From positions 160,001 to 224,000 of the forward strand of contig JBPRGF010000023.1 of the NCBI GenBank assembly GCA_051418015.1: 64,000 nt of DNA, read 5' to 3'. Source of the stretch: Candidatus Nitrospinota bacterium M3_3B_026. Its GTDB lineage: Bacteria; Nitrospinota_A; UBA7883; JBPRGF01. Below the pieces are notes generated by a model. That model searched no databases and was not told the DNA's origin. It saw nothing but the letters and a program-made list of their open reading frames with translations. Of the stretch, positions 50,906-59,314 are shown in pieces; the stretch's first letter is position 1, and the number at the start of each line of letters is the position of its first letter. Made by a program: the position numbers and the translations under genes.

Positions 50906-51721
50906 TTAGGAGGCTTGCGCGCCCCTCGCGCGGCCTGAGTGGCGGGAGAAAAGATGGGCTATCCTGCCCCGCAACAGGTAAACGACAGTGGCCACTATCA
51001 GGATGTACTGCAAAATGACTGCGAAGACAAACGTGTAATCGACCTTGTAGGTCTTGGTGACGGGATCGTAGTTCGAGCAGTAGATCAACAGCTTTGACAG
51101 GGCGCTGGTCATCCTCCCCTGCGCCGTGCGGCCGGCGAGGACATCCCGGACGGCGTTCTCCACTTCCGCGGGATCGTAGTCCACTCCGTAGAAATGCCTG
51201 GCGACGGAGCCGTCGGGCGCGACGAGGGTGAGGCGGTTCAGGTGATCGAGGCTGTCCGCCTTCTTCTCGTAGGAAAAGCCGAGGTCCGACACCATCATCC
51301 CCAGCGTCTCGTCGTCGGTGGTCGTGAATATCCATCTTTCGAAATTGTCCGCGAAAGCCGCGCCGTACTCCCTGAGCCTGGCGGGGTTGTCGTTATGGTT
51401 GTCGATGCTTATCGACAGCGTCATCAGCTTCCCGGCGACGGCCGGGTCGATGGCCGCCAACATGTTTTTAAGGCTCTCGTTTATGAGCCAGCAAGGGCCG
51501 TGGCAGTCCACGTACATGAAGCTTACGAGGACGGGCCTGCCTTTCAGGCTGTGGAACGGGAGGTAGTCCCCGTCCTGCGTAATAAGCCTGTAGTTTCGCA
51601 CCTTCCGCCCCACCGCCAGCTCCGAGCGCTCCAGGACCGAAGCCCCAGGCGCGGCCGGCGCCGTGGCGGAAAGCGGCGAAACGATCAGAACAACCGCTAA
51701 TACCAGCGCACGTTTCAGCAT
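50906..51721 (-). CDS. SCO/SenC copper chaperone
   Basis: Signal peptide, CHGPC (CxxxC), downstream His (LDHL), C-terminal TM helix. Confidence 0.88.
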   Translation of the reverse strand: MLKRALVLAVVLIVSPLSATAPAAPGASVLERSELAVGRKVRNYRLITQDGDYLPFHSLKGRPVLVSFMYVDCHGPCWLINESLKNMLAAIDPAVAGKLMTLSISIDNHNDNPARLREYGAAFADNFERWIFTTTDDETLGMMVSDLGFSYEKKADSLDHLNRLTLVAPDGSVARHFYGVDYDPAEVENAVRDVLAGRTAQGRMTSALSKLLIYCSNYDPVTKTYKVDYTFVFAVILQYILIVATVVYLLRGRIAHLFSRHSGRARGAQAS

Positions 51722-51742
51722 GGGGTAAAGGCCGCTCCCCTT

Positions 51743-51794
51743 AAAAACCGCCGCGGCTCCGGGCCGGTGGTGTTACCCCCGCCGGAGCCGCGGC
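51743..51794 (-). terminator. Intra-operon hairpin / terminator
   Basis: 13-bp perfect inverted repeat GCCGCGGCTCCGG (51750-51762) / CCGGAGCCGCGGC (51782-51794), followed by GGTTTTT on the minus strand. Confidence 0.6.
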
Positions 51795-51811
51795 TCCCCT
51801 CTCTAAGCGCG

Positions 51812-51940
51812 TCAACCCACCTTCCATACTCCTACAAGATACTTCCAGTTGAGGAAGTAGAAGGCCACGAACGTAATGAAAAATATGATGATGATGGCGA
51901 ACGAGCCTTTCGGCCTGTGTTCGTCTCTCTCTTCAACCAT
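51812..51940 (-). CDS. 42-aa single-TM small subunit of the heme-copper enzyme (subunit IIa-like)
   Basis: Not in the ORF track. AGGAGG RBS; MVEERDEHRPKGSFAIIIIFFITFVAFYFLNWKYLVGVWKVG*. Confidence 0.8.
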   Translation of the reverse strand: MVEERDEHRPKGSFAIIIIFFITFVAFYFLNWKYLVGVWKVG

Positions 51941-51970
51941 GATGACACCTCCTATGCTAAAAAGGCCCTG

Positions 51971-53491
51971 TCAAGCCTCGATCTTTTTGCCGACTAGCAG
52001 CGTCCCGACGGCCACCAACACATACATGGCGCCGCCCAGCACCGCTATGACGCCGCCGATGCCCACGATCGCCATCGAAAGGTCCACGATGGGCCCGAAG
52101 TTGACGGCGAAGGGCGAATCCGCCCCGGTCATGTCCCAGCTTCTCCTGGGCACGCCGAACACCCCGGCGAACATCATGAAGATGCACAGCAGGTACATCC
52201 CTATGCCATAGACGTAGGGCTGGGCCTTGGCTATGCCCTTGAAGGCCACCTCGCGCCTGAATATGAGAGGCAGCACGTAGTAGGTCACGCCCATGAAGGC
52301 CATCGTCGTGCCCGCCACCACTGTGGCGTGGAAATGGCCGGGGACGCGGATGGTGTTGTGGACGACTATGTTCAGCTGCTCCGTGCCGTATATGACGCCG
52401 GAGATGCCTCCCAGGAAGCCGAAGCCCACCATCGAGAACCACAGCGAGGACCATCCCGGATCGCCCCACGGGGCCTTCTTGAGCCACTCGAAAAGACCGG
52501 CGGTGTAGCCCTTCTTCCTGAGCGCCACCTCCGTCGCCGCCGGCACGGAGAAGGCGTGGATCATCGAGGCCAGCACAGCAAGGTGCATGAAGTACCCCGT
52601 GTTCCACGACTTGTGCGCCGCCGAGAGGCCCGGGTCGACCAGCAGGTGGTGCTCCGAGGCTATCAGGATGAACAAGATGTAAAGGCCGAAAGCGATGCGG
52701 CTGACCTTCTCGTTGATCGGCGTGGAGCCGACCGTCAATGTCCCCAGAAGGTACCAGACAGCCACCATGGCGCAGACGTTTATCTGCTGCGACGAGTGGC
52801 CGAAGCCCCAGAACAGCAGCCTGTAGACCTCCGCGTCCATCATGGGGATGAGCCCCAGGGCCCACAGCCACGTGGGGATAAAAGTGGCCGCTCCATGCGC
52901 CAGGGTCAGTATGGCGATGATCGCCGCCGCCATGGCCCCGAAGGTCACAAGCGGGACGGAGCCTTCGTAGGTCTTGTCCCTCTTGGCCACCGCCAGCGTG
53001 GCGAAAAAGACCACGCAACCCACGATGGCGCCCACGGCGAAGAGTATCACGCCGAGGTAGTACCAATGGTCGGCCTTCAAGGGGATGTACGAGGTGAACA
53101 TCACGTCCGCCTTGCCGAGCAGTATCTCCACCGCCGCTATTGCGGCTCCGCCCAGCATCAGCAGATACGCCAGCCACCCGGCCCATGGCGCGGCCAGCCT
53201 GGTGTTCAGCAACACCGCGGACGCGAAGTAGAGCACAGCTATCTCGAAGAAGATGATCCACGCCACCAGCATGGCGATCCCGTGCAGGGTCAGCAGCCGG
53301 TAGAACCACTCGTCATTGAGTATGTGCACGGCCTGCCACCTGGTGAGGACCATGAACAGCCCGATTATCCCCCCCACGAGGAGGAACACGATCGAAGTCA
53401 CCGCGTTGACCTGTATCAGGGTCTGCGCGGGAAGGTGTATCTTGAAACCGGTTGTCGGACAGGTTCTGAACCGTCCTTCTTGCTCCGCCAT
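51971..53491 (-). CDS. Heme-copper oxidoreductase subunit I, B-family-derived, eNOR-type nitric oxide reductase
   Basis: Six His ligands (TLHG, GHSSQQ, SEHH, GHFH). Gln replaces the cross-linking Tyr of H-x3-Y. Confidence 0.8.
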   Translation of the reverse strand: MAEQEGRFRTCPTTGFKIHLPAQTLIQVNAVTSIVFLLVGGIIGLFMVLTRWQAVHILNDEWFYRLLTLHGIAMLVAWIIFFEIAVLYFASAVLLNTRLAAPWAGWLAYLLMLGGAAIAAVEILLGKADVMFTSYIPLKADHWYYLGVILFAVGAIVGCVVFFATLAVAKRDKTYEGSVPLVTFGAMAAAIIAILTLAHGAATFIPTWLWALGLIPMMDAEVYRLLFWGFGHSSQQINVCAMVAVWYLLGTLTVGSTPINEKVSRIAFGLYILFILIASEHHLLVDPGLSAAHKSWNTGYFMHLAVLASMIHAFSVPAATEVALRKKGYTAGLFEWLKKAPWGDPGWSSLWFSMVGFGFLGGISGVIYGTEQLNIVVHNTIRVPGHFHATVVAGTTMAFMGVTYYVLPLIFRREVAFKGIAKAQPYVYGIGMYLLCIFMMFAGVFGVPRRSWDMTGADSPFAVNFGPIVDLSMAIVGIGGVIAVLGGAMYVLVAVGTLLVGKKIEA

Positions 53492-53504
53492 AAGCCCCCC
53501 CTAC

Positions 53505-54032
53505 CTATTCAACGTATATCTTGCCGAACATCAGGTGATGCCCGATGCCGCAGAACTCGTTGCAGATTATGGTGTACTCCCCGGCTTTCGTCGGCGTGAT
53601 GGTCAGCACCGAGTCCCACCCGGGGACGGCCTGGAAGTTCATGTTCAAAGGATAGATCGAAAAACCGTGGTTCACGTCCACGGAGGACAGATGCAGCCTG
53701 TAGGTCTGGCCCGCCTTGAGCTTCAGGATGGGGTCCCACGACCACTGGGCGGCTCTCATGAAGGCGTCGCTGTTGGGAGGAGGCTCCACGACCGGGATTC
53801 CTTCCTCCTCGCCCACCTTGTACTTCTCTATGAACTTATCGGTCAGGTTGTAGAAATCGTCGGTGGTGAGCTTGTAGTACTCCTGCGGCGGGTTCTGCTC
53901 CCCGATTATATGCCAGGCCGGCATAATAAGTGTTATCAATATGCACCATATCAGCGCGATGGTGATCCATATCTTCTCCTCCGCATGGAGAGGACTGCGC
54001 CACCAGTGCCGCGCGGGCGAATGAATGCTCAT
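53505..54032 (-). CDS. Heme-copper subunit II with CuA centre
   Basis: One TM helix; DVNHGF and CNEFCGIGHHLM. Confidence 0.92.
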   Translation of the reverse strand: MSIHSPARHWWRSPLHAEEKIWITIALIWCILITLIMPAWHIIGEQNPPQEYYKLTTDDFYNLTDKFIEKYKVGEEEGIPVVEPPPNSDAFMRAAQWSWDPILKLKAGQTYRLHLSSVDVNHGFSIYPLNMNFQAVPGWDSVLTITPTKAGEYTIICNEFCGIGHHLMFGKIYVE

Positions 54033-54054
54033 GTCTTCCCCCCTTATTTAGTTT

Positions 54055-54225
54055 TCACCCTTTGACCAAAGGAGACGTGGCGACGCTGCCCAACTCCACA
54101 AGTCCCCAGACGGTGTACAACAGCAGGAAAATCGCCGCCCCGAGGAAAAACAGCAGATACACGTCATCGAAAAACACCTGCCAGAAAGATACCGGCTCCT
54201 CTTCCCGCGCCTCTTCTTGTTCCAT
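54055..54225 (-). CDS. Small single-TM subunit preceding subunit II
   Basis: MEQEEAREEEPVSFWQVFFDDVYLLFFLG...YTVWGLVEL; GGGGGAAG RBS. Confidence 0.75.
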   Translation of the reverse strand: MEQEEAREEEPVSFWQVFFDDVYLLFFLGAAIFLLLYTVWGLVELGSVATSPLVKG

Positions 54226-54361
54226 ATGACTTCCCCCCTTTAATCTAAGGTTCGCCAAAGATGAGGATCACGCCTGTAGCGCCGGCTCCGTCGCCGGGTA
54301 CCGCGCCGCGCGCCGCGATCACGCTCAAACCGGCGCTCATGCGCCACGCTCTTACCGCGTT

Positions 54362-54404
54362 TTTATATCGGCAACCATCGGTAAAAGCTATGATAAAAGT
54401 CATA
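54362..54404 (-). promoter_or_regulatory. Crp/Fnr-family class II promoter of the NOR operon
   Basis: Minus strand: TATGACTTTTATCATA (54404-54389), 21 bp, TATAAA (54367-54362). Confidence 0.75.
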
Positions 54405-54654
54405 AACAACAGACGCATTTCATTACCATCCGCGACGCTCTGGCTATATGCCTGCGGCGCCCCGTAAGCGCCGGGACGCTCTGGCGAACACCCTGGAAAA
54501 CCGTCGGCGCCAAGGAAAGCAAAACGCTTCGCCCGAAGAAAATAATTTCGCGCGGAGGGCGCAATTTTTTTCCAGGCCACCGCGGAATCTTCAGCAACCG
54601 CCGAGAATCCAAAAAGTTACATCATGAAAAATTCCGCAAGATACTTTTCAAATG

Positions 54655-54697
54655 TATGACTTTAATCATATCGTCCGGCCGGAGTCCCGTTTATAAA
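54655..54697 (+). promoter_or_regulatory. Crp/Fnr-family class II promoter of nirS
   Basis: TATGACTTTAATCATA (54655-54670), 21 bp, TATAAA (54692-54697). Confidence 0.75.
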
Positions 54698-54739
54698 CGG
54701 TATTAAGCAGCGAATAAGACTTTTTTTTGGGGGGGACAC

Positions 54740-56344
54740 ATGAAAAGATATTTCTTTCTGTTCGCGCTGAGTCTTGCGTTAATCACCACGTTTTACACGC
54801 CACAAGCCCTGGCGGAGCCCGAAGCGCCACCGTTGAACCAGGATGAATGGCACATCGCCAAGAGCATCTACTTCAACAGGTGCGCCGGCTGCCACGGCAC
54901 CCTGAGGAAAGGCGCCACGGGGCCCAACCTCCTTCCGGAGAAGACCCTCGAATTCGGCACGGAGACCATCAGGAGCTTCATTATGGAGGGGACCGAGGGG
55001 GGCATGCCGGCCTTCGGCAGGGGCGGAATCCTGACGCCGGAGGAGGTCGACATCATGGCCAGGTTCGTCCAGCATGACCCCGTGGCCCCGCCGGAGATGT
55101 CGCTGGCGGACATGATGGAAAGCTGGAACCTTGTCGTGCCGCCGAACAAGAGGCCGAAAAAGCCGGCCCACAACAGGAACTGGCAGAACTTCTTCGGCGT
55201 GGTCCTGCGCGACGCTGGCCAGGTGGCCATCATCGACGGCGACACCAAGGAGAAGGTATCCACCGTCAACACAGGCTTCGCGGTGCACATCCTGCGCGCC
55301 TCGGCGTCGGGCCGGTATATCTTCTCAATCGGCCGCGACGGCAAGGCGACCATGATCGACACCTGGATGAAAAAGCCGTCCATCGTGGCCGAGGTCAAGA
55401 CCTGCTCCGAGGCCCGCTCCATCGACACCAGCAAATACGAAGGCTACGAGGACAAGTACGCCGTGGTGGGCTGCTACTGGCCGCCGCACTTCGTCGTCCT
55501 GAACGGCGCCACGCTGGAGCCGATGAAAATCGTCAGCACCAGAAGCTACACCTACGACTCGTATGAGTACCATCCCGAGCCCCGCGTGGCGGCGATCGTC
55601 TCCTCGCACTACAGCCCGGAGTGGGTCCTGAACGTCAAGGAGACGGGCTACGTCTGGCTGGTCGATTACTCCGATATCGAGAACATGAAGATCACCCAGA
55701 TCGAGTCTGAGCGCTTCCTTCACGACGGGGGCTGGGACGCCAAGCACCGCTACTTCATGGCGGCGGCGAACATGCGCGACACCATGGTTGTCATAGACAC
55801 CAAGACCAGGAAGAAGGTGGCGCAGTTCAAGGTCGGCACCAAGCCGCACCCGGGCCGCGGCGGAAACTGGGTCGACCCGAAATACGGCCCCGTCTCGGGC
55901 ACGGTGCACCTCGGCGAGGGACTGCTCTCGGTGTGGGGGTCCGACCCTGAGGGTCACCCGGAACACGCCTGGAAGGTCGTGAGAAGCATCGAGCTTCCCG
56001 GCGGCGCCGGCAGCCTGTTCATGAAGACCCACCCCAAGAGCAAACACATGTGGATGGACTTCACCCTGAACCCGGACCCGAAGAACCATCGCAGCGTATG
56101 CGTGATGGACATCAACAAGCCTAACACCAAGGACCTGAACTGTTTCCAGGTGACCGACCACGGACGCGTCGTGCACATGGAGTACAACAAGAAAGGGGAC
56201 GAGGTGTGGCTGAGCGTCTGGGACAAGGAGGGCGAGCTGGTCATCTACGACGACAGGACCCTGAAGGTCAAGAAGAGGATCAAGGGTCTTCGCACTCCCA
56301 CGGGCAAGTTCAACGTGTACAACACGCAGCACGACATCTACTGA
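54740..56344 (+). CDS. nirS: Cytochrome cd1 nitrite reductase
   Basis: Signal peptide, RCAGCHGTLRKGATG, YHPEPRVA, LHDGG, KPHPGRG, TPTGKFNV. Confidence 0.96.
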   Translation: MKRYFFLFALSLALITTFYTPQALAEPEAPPLNQDEWHIAKSIYFNRCAGCHGTLRKGATGPNLLPEKTLEFGTETIRSFIMEGTEGGMPAFGRGGILTPEEVDIMARFVQHDPVAPPEMSLADMMESWNLVVPPNKRPKKPAHNRNWQNFFGVVLRDAGQVAIIDGDTKEKVSTVNTGFAVHILRASASGRYIFSIGRDGKATMIDTWMKKPSIVAEVKTCSEARSIDTSKYEGYEDKYAVVGCYWPPHFVVLNGATLEPMKIVSTRSYTYDSYEYHPEPRVAAIVSSHYSPEWVLNVKETGYVWLVDYSDIENMKITQIESERFLHDGGWDAKHRYFMAAANMRDTMVVIDTKTRKKVAQFKVGTKPHPGRGGNWVDPKYGPVSGTVHLGEGLLSVWGSDPEGHPEHAWKVVRSIELPGGAGSLFMKTHPKSKHMWMDFTLNPDPKNHRSVCVMDINKPNTKDLNCFQVTDHGRVVHMEYNKKGDEVWLSVWDKEGELVIYDDRTLKVKKRIKGLRTPTGKFNVYNTQHDIY

Positions 56345-56370
56345 TGGCAAGCGCGCGGTAACACCGTTGA

Positions 56371-56407
56371 GGGCGCCCCGGCGCGGCGGCAAGCCCCCGG
56401 GGCGCCC
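56371..56407 (+). terminator. Stem-loop after nirS
   Basis: 11-bp perfect inverted repeat GGGCGCCCCGG/CCGGGGCGCCC; no clear T-tract. Confidence 0.5.
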
Positions 56408-56427
56408 CGAATTAAAAGAGGCGCATT

Positions 56428-58143
56428 ATGACCTCGCCATCCATGACGCGGATCGCGGCTCTCATCCTTGCGCCGGTGTTTATCTCCGGCCCCGGATCGG
56501 CCTTCGCCGAAACTTCCGCGAAGAACCTCTATGGGGAGCATTGCGCGAGCTGCCATCACCCGAAAAGGCTGGGGCTCACGGCCCCTCCCTTGATACCGGG
56601 TCTTTTTTCAAGAAGCGCCAAGGGCCGCCTGCCCCAAATAATCCGCGACGGGCTTCCGGCCACGCGGATGCCGGCTTTCGGCGGCGAGCTTTCTGATGAA
56701 CAGATAAAACTTCTGGCGGAACTCATACAAGAACCGGCGAAGGAGTTGGACTGGACTTTTGAGGACATACGGTCTAGCAAGATTGACATTGACGAGCCTG
56801 GAAAAGTTTTAAGAGCCGACATCGAGAATATAACGCTGGTCATGGAGCGCGGGACGCAGAGCCTCGTCGTTCTGGACGGCGCGGATTTCAGCGAGCTCGG
56901 CAGGTTCCACGTGGGCGCCGTCCACGGCGGGCCGAAGTTTTCGTATTCCCTGGATCGTGTGTACGCCCTTGCCAGGGACGGGATACTGACAAGCTATAAT
57001 CTGAGAGCCCTTTCCGCCGAGACCAGGCTCAAGGCGGGGATAAACTCCCGCTCCGTCGCCGTATCAAGCGGCGACAAAACGGTGGCCGTGGCCAATTACC
57101 TTCCGTCCAACGTCGTCCTTTTCGACAAAGACCTGGAGCCCGTCGGCGAGATACCACTGCCCGGAAAGGCGGGGGGGTTCTACTCGCTGCCGTCCCTGAA
57201 AAGCTTCGCCCTGTCGTTCAGGGAGATTCCGGAACTCTGGATAATCGGCGAGAGCCCGCCTTTCGAGATCGAAAAACGAAAGCTGCCCGAGGCTTTCCAG
57301 GATTTTTCGGTCAGTCCCGTCAAGCCTTACATAATCGGGACGAAACGGGGCGGCGATCATATGTACATCTACGACTACATGGAGGACAGGATACTCAAAA
57401 AGATCCCCACCAGCGGCCTGCCGCACCTGGCCTCGGCCGCGTTCTACATACACAAGGGCGAGCTTTTCGCCGGGGTCAACCACATAAAAAAGCCAGCGGC
57501 CACGATCATATCCCTCGACCGGCTCGACAAGGTGGCCGAGATACCCCTTCCCGGCGCGGGCTTTTTCGTCCGGACGCATCATGCCACGCCGTACCTGTGG
57601 ATAGATACCGAGACGGAGCGGATCGCCCTCGTGAACAAGGACGACTTCTCCGATATCCGCTACCTGACGCCCCACGAGGGGCGCAAGGCGATGCACGTGG
57701 AATTCACCAAGGAGGGCGCCCGCGCCCTGGTCACCATCCCGGGCAGGGGCGGCGAGGTGGTCATATACGACGCGAAGACCCTGGAAAAGATCAACGCCAT
57801 CCCCTTCGAACGGCCCGTCGGCAAGTACAACGCCACGAACAAGACGTACCCGGGCAGATCGCTCGCGGCGCGGAAGGCGGATGGGGCCAGCGCGGGCAAA
57901 CAGGTCTTCGACAAATACTGCATGGGGTGCCACCACCAGGTCTACGAGGCGTTCGGGCCATCCTTCACCCGGATAGCCAGGGAGAGGGGCGCGGCAAGGA
58001 TAAAGTTTCACATCCTGTCGCCCGAGGCCAGCGCAAAGACCCTGGGGTACAAGAGAAACTCCATGCCCAGGATAAAACTTTCGCCGGAGCAGCTGGAGGC
58101 GATAGTCAGATACATAAAAAGCTTCGGCCAGACGGGGGGATAA
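56428..58143 (+). CDS. nirN: NirN-like dihydro-heme d1 dehydrogenase with extra C-terminal cytochrome c
   Basis: CASCH, VHGGPKFS, LPHLAS, RPVGKYN, second heme motif CMGCH. Lacks the NirS LHDGG His. Confidence 0.8.
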   Translation: MTSPSMTRIAALILAPVFISGPGSAFAETSAKNLYGEHCASCHHPKRLGLTAPPLIPGLFSRSAKGRLPQIIRDGLPATRMPAFGGELSDEQIKLLAELIQEPAKELDWTFEDIRSSKIDIDEPGKVLRADIENITLVMERGTQSLVVLDGADFSELGRFHVGAVHGGPKFSYSLDRVYALARDGILTSYNLRALSAETRLKAGINSRSVAVSSGDKTVAVANYLPSNVVLFDKDLEPVGEIPLPGKAGGFYSLPSLKSFALSFREIPELWIIGESPPFEIEKRKLPEAFQDFSVSPVKPYIIGTKRGGDHMYIYDYMEDRILKKIPTSGLPHLASAAFYIHKGELFAGVNHIKKPAATIISLDRLDKVAEIPLPGAGFFVRTHHATPYLWIDTETERIALVNKDDFSDIRYLTPHEGRKAMHVEFTKEGARALVTIPGRGGEVVIYDAKTLEKINAIPFERPVGKYNATNKTYPGRSLAARKADGASAGKQVFDKYCMGCHHQVYEAFGPSFTRIARERGAARIKFHILSPEASAKTLGYKRNSMPRIKLSPEQLEAIVRYIKSFGQTGG

Positions 58144-58144
58144 G

Positions 58145-59314
58145 ATGTTCAGACTAAGCCATTATTACAACATAGCTGAAGGGCGCGCGGGCCGCGGCGG
58201 AAAGTCCCATGGCGCCAGATGCGGCGGGAAGCCGATCGTGATATGGAACCTCACGAGGACATGCAACCTCTCGTGCGTCCATTGCTACGCCTCGTCGAAG
58301 GCGCGCGGCTACAGCAGGGAGCTTTCCACGGAGCAGGCCGTCTCGGTCATGGACGGCCTTTACGCCGCCGGGGTGAGAACGGTCATCCTCTCCGGCGGCG
58401 AGCCGATGATCCGCGGGGATATCCTTAACCTTGCCGCAAGCGCTAAAGAAAAAGGCTTCATGACCTCCATCTCCACCAACGGCACACTTATAGGAGAGAA
58501 GGAGGCGGACAGGATAGCCGCCGCGGGGCTGGACTACGTCGGCGTGAGCCTGGACGGCATCGGCGAGACCCACGACCGCGTCCGGGGCGTCGAAGGCTCT
58601 TTCGAGCAGGCCGTGGCGGGGCTTTTCAGGCTGGCGGAGCGGGGGGTAAAATGCGGCGTGCGTTTCACGCTGACGAGGATGAACATGAACGACCTGCCGG
58701 CGATCTTCGAGTTCGCCGAGAAGAACGGGATAGGGAAAATATATTTATCACACCTCGTCTACTCCGGCAGGGGTGGCGTCAATCGGGGGGAGGACGTCAC
58801 CCCGGCTGAGACGAGGGAAGCGATGGATTACGTTTTCAGCAAGGCGCGGGAGTACACGCGGCGCGGGCGCGGGCCGCAGATCGTCACCGGGAACAACGAC
58901 GCCGACGCCGCGTACCTGCTCCTGCGTCTCATGGAGGGGAGCCCGGAGGGGGCCGAGCGGCTCCTGCCGGTGATGGAGAGGTTCGGCGGGGCCAACGCCG
59001 GGGTGGGGGTCGCGAACATAGACCCCACCGGTGAGGTCCACCCCGATCCTCTCATGTCCTCCGTGAACCTGGGGAACGTCACCGAAAAATCTTTCGGTGA
59101 GATATGGCATGACTCCGAAAACCCCGTCCTGAAAAGGCTCCGGGCGAGGCCCCGCGTCTTCAACGGCCGGTGCGGACGGTGCGCCTGGCTGAAGGTGTGC
59201 GGCGGCTCCTGCCGCGTCCGGGCTCTGCGGATGACGGGGGACATGTGGGGTCACGACCCCGCCTGCTACCTTACCGACGAGGAAACCCAGGTTGAGCTTG
59301 CGCAGGCTGTATAG
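58145..59314 (+). CDS. nirJ: Radical SAM/SPASM heme d1 biosynthesis protein
   Basis: MFRLSHY start, VIWNLTRTCNLSCVHC, LSHLVYSGRG, GNNDADA, C-terminal Cys cluster. Confidence 0.88.
   Translation: MFRLSHYYNIAEGRAGRGGKSHGARCGGKPIVIWNLTRTCNLSCVHCYASSKARGYSRELSTEQAVSVMDGLYAAGVRTVILSGGEPMIRGDILNLAASAKEKGFMTSISTNGTLIGEKEADRIAAAGLDYVGVSLDGIGETHDRVRGVEGSFEQAVAGLFRLAERGVKCGVRFTLTRMNMNDLPAIFEFAEKNGIGKIYLSHLVYSGRGGVNRGEDVTPAETREAMDYVFSKAREYTRRGRGPQIVTGNNDADAAYLLLRLMEGSPEGAERLLPVMERFGGANAGVGVANIDPTGEVHPDPLMSSVNLGNVTEKSFGEIWHDSENPVLKRLRARPRVFNGRCGRCAWLKVCGGSCRVRALRMTGDMWGHDPACYLTDEETQVELAQAV

Noticed and set aside
51971..54032. Ordinary ba3/aa3 cytochrome c oxidase
   Set aside because: The cross-linking Tyr is absent (HSSQQ), and the operon is divergent from nirS with a shared operator motif.
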